Part shown: positions 61,470 to 64,000 of the stretch, piece by piece
How the letters are laid out: each line of letters begins with the position of its first letter
Position numbering within the stretch: position 1 is the first letter of the stretch
NCBI GenBank assembly: GCA_963742695.1
Contig: CAVUNF010000030.1
Location: 174,580 to 238,579, forward strand
Length of the DNA stretch: 64,000 bases
Source of the DNA: an uncultured Alphaproteobacteria bacterium
GTDB taxonomy: Bacteria > Pseudomonadota > Alphaproteobacteria > Rhizobiales > Xanthobacteraceae
Reading direction: 5' to 3'
Position numbers and translations under genes: made by a program
Notes under the pieces: model-generated
Told to the model about the DNA's origin: nothing
Seen by the model: only the letters and a program-made list of their open reading frames with translations
The model's database searches: none

Positions 61470-62189
61470 TTTTCAAGATGATGCCTTTTCCGCGCAGCAC
61501 CCTGGTTCGGCGGATTGCGCCGTTGCGCCCGCGGGGCCGCGTTTGCGCTCGCGCTGATGTCAGCCGATGCAGCCTCGGCGCAGAACGCGGTGACCGGCGT
61601 GCCCAATGCGATGCAGGGTTTTTCGCAAAATCGCGACCAGCCGATCCAGATCGAGGCCGCCACGCTCGAGATGCGCGACAAGAAAAAGGAAGCGACTTTC
61701 GCCGGCAATGTGAAAGTGATTCAGGGCGACACCACCATGACGTCCAAGGTGCTGGTGGTGTTCTACGAATTCGACGTCCGCGCCTGCCGCCGCGCCGGCG
61801 GGCAATTCGAAGGCCCCGGCAAAAGCGGCGCCGATCCCCGCCGCCGCCCCCGGTCCCGGCGGCAGTTCGTCGATCCGCCGGCTCGAGGCCAAGGGCAACG
61901 TGGTCGTTACCCAGAAGGATCAGGTCGTGACCGGCGAGACCGCCGTGTTCGACACCAAGACCAACCTCGTCACCATGCTCGGCGGCGTGGTGCTGACCCA
62001 GTGCAAGAACGTGCTGCGCGGCGACCGGCTGATGGTGGACATGACCACCGGCGTATCGCGGGTGGAATCCGACAGCGGCCGGGTGCAGGGGCTGTTTCAA
62101 TCAGTCCGGCCAGGGCTGCGGCCCTGGCGCCGGGCGGGCCCGCTGCCGGGCCGGCGCCGACGCCTGGCAACTCAAATAAACCAAAATAA
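61466..62189 (+). CDS. lptA: LPS transport periplasmic protein LptA/OstA, frameshifted
   Basis: DQPIQIEA..LE, ATFAGNVKVIQGD, GNVVVTQKDQ, GDRL.VD. Confidence 0.82.
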
Positions 62190-62403
62190 TATCAATCAGC
62201 TTGTGCGCTAGTCGGCGGCCGGTGAGGTTGAAGCCCGACGGCGCGAGCCTGTATCTACCGACGGGCCGGCGGTGCGGACCGCCCCTCAAATCGAGGGTGT
62301 TCTGCTGGGCAAGGGACATCCATTCATTCATGTTGCGCGGGCGAATCGAATCGCCGCGGGGCGCAGGTCGCGGGATCACCGTGAAAGGCTGAGCGAAGCG
62401 GGG

Positions 62404-63412
62404 ATGGTGGATTTACTCGGCATGTTCCGTCGACGCCCCGCGAAACGCGGTCCGCCAGGATTCGCGCGCTCGCGCGCAGCCGACATCACCGCGCTCGGCG
62501 ATACCATGGGCGACATGCTGACAAACCCGGTGCGCGACGCGCCTCCGATTGCGCGCGATGCGCCGCTTGCCCGGGACGCGCCGCTCACGCACGACGTGCC
62601 GCCGCCGAGCGTGGAGACCCCCGGCGGAGCCGCCGCGGCCGCCGCGCGCCAGGGCCAATGGCGCCGCAGCGCCCCGGCTGGCGCCGCGGGCCGGCTATCT
62701 GGCTGTGCATAGCGTGGAAAAGAGTTTCGGCTCGCGCCAGGTCGTGCGCGGCGTCAGCATCTATGTCCGCCGCGGCGAGGCGGTGGGCTTGCTCGGCCCG
62801 AACGGCGCCGGCAAGACCACGGTATTCTACATGATCACGGGCCTGATTCCGGCCGATCGCGGCACCATCGAACTTGATGGCCACGACGTCACCAAGCTGC
62901 CGATGTATCAGCGCGCCCGGCTCGGCATCGGCTACCTGCCGCAGGAAGCCTCGATCTTCCGCGGCCTCACCGTGGAGCAGAACATCCGTGCGGTGCTCGA
63001 GGTGGTCGAGCCCTCGAAGAAAAAGCGCGAGGCCGAACTGAATGCGCTGCTCGACGAGTTCAACATCACGCGGCTGCGCAAAACGCCGTCGATTGCGCTG
63101 TCCGGCGGCGAGCGCCGCCGCGTCGAGATCGCCCGCGCGCTCGCGACCCGCCCCAATTACATGCTGCTCGACGAACCGTTTGCCGGCATCGATCCGATCG
63201 CCGTCGGCGACATTCAGGATCTGGTCCGCCACCTCACCAATCGCGGCATCGGCGTGCTGATTACCGACCACAATGTGCGGGAAACGCTGGGGCTGACCGA
63301 CCGCGCCTACATCGTCTATGCCGGGGAGATCCTGACCGAGGGCAATCCGGAAGAGATCGTCAACAATCCGGATGTACGGCGGCTTTATCTCGGCGAGGAA
63401 TTCCGGCTTTAA
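62404..63412 (+). CDS. lptB: LPS export ABC ATPase with N-terminal extension, frameshift near 62625
   Basis: [45 protein letters not shown]. Confidence 0.95.
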
Positions 63413-63489
63413 CCTTGGCGACCGGAATTCCGCCTCTAGTCCAATTTTACAATTCGTCAAGCCGTGTACATCGGCTTTGGACTAGTTTA

Positions 63490-63506
63490 AGCAAGAATCG
63501 GACCAA
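63490..63506 (-). promoter_or_regulatory. antisense-oriented sigma54 -24/-12 site upstream of rpoN
   Basis: Minus strand TTGGTCCGATTCTTGCT = GG-N10-GC. Confidence 0.6.
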
Positions 63507-63532
63507 CTTTCTCTGGATCGGTTCTTGTTTCG

Positions 63533-64000
63533 ATGGCTTTGACGCAAAGATTAGAGTTCCGCCAGTCGCAATCGCTGGTGATGACGCCGCAGCTGATGCA
63601 GGCGATCAAGCTGCTGCAGCTGTCGAATCTCGACCTTTCGGCCTTTGTCGAGGAGGAATTGGAGCGAAATCCGCTGCTCGAGCGCGCCAATGACGGCCCC
63701 GAGCCCCCGGTTGCCGGCGAGCCCATGGCCGAGCGCGCCGAATTTTCCGACCATGACGAGCCGGGTTCCGCCTACGGCGACGAGCTGGCGGCCGAGCGTT
63801 CCGAGACGGCCCAGGCGGCGGCCGGCGACGGCTTCGAGCCGGCCCAGGAAGAGTGGATGAACCGCGACCTCGGCAGCCGCGCCGAGATCGAGCAGACCCT
63901 CGACACCGGGCTCGACAACGTGTTTTCCGAGGAGCCCGCCGAAGCCGCCGCGCGCACCGCGCAGGATGCCGCGCCGACCGCCTACACCGAATGGGGCGGC
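63533..64000 (+). CDS. rpoN: RNA polymerase sigma-54 factor (5' part, runs off window edge)
   Basis: MALTQRLEFRQSQSLVMTPQLMQAIKLLQLS..ELERNPLLE. Confidence 0.96.
   Translation, partial: MALTQRLEFRQSQSLVMTPQLMQAIKLLQLSNLDLSAFVEEELERNPLLERANDGPEPPVAGEPMAERAEFSDHDEPGSAYGDELAAERSETAQAAAGDGFEPAQEEWMNRDLGSRAEIEQTLDTGLDNVFSEEPAEAAARTAQDAAPTAYTEWGG

Overview
GC-rich alphaproteobacterial chromosome segment. Gene order and protein sequences point to Bradyrhizobium/Nitrobacteraceae. The housekeeping backbone runs gshB-yraN-rsmI / PBP activator / hemW-rdgB-rph / hrcA-grpE / dnaK-dnaJ-pmtA-pyrF-dapB / ada-nth / pheT-pheS-rplT-rpmI-infC / queG-gst / uppP / tRNA-Leu(CAG) / rnd-lptCAB-rpoN. Two accessory blocks interrupt it. 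(i) About 23-35.8 kb: a CoA-transferase and lyase pair, a candidate structured RNA, and a CsoR-controlled copper/metal cluster (YeeE/YedE pair, CopA, CsoR, a His/Cys-rich DUF2946-like leader protein, MFP and RND, a periplasmic metal protein, a cupredoxin). (ii) About 52.2-59.8 kb, just after tRNA-Leu: a LuxR-type regulator, a ~1100-aa secreted modular protein, an SH3b-domain partner, a GlxA-type regulator and a NYN-LOTUS protein. The large protein carries a VHL-beta-like domain with an apparently conserved hydroxyproline pocket, a beta-trefoil, Cys-rich repeats and an extensin-like polyproline tail. It is the most unusual element in the window. Many genes, including essential ones, contain single-base frameshifts that look like sequencing or assembly errors, so several coordinates are reconstructed by eye. 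All family assignments come from recognising motifs, with no database searches run.
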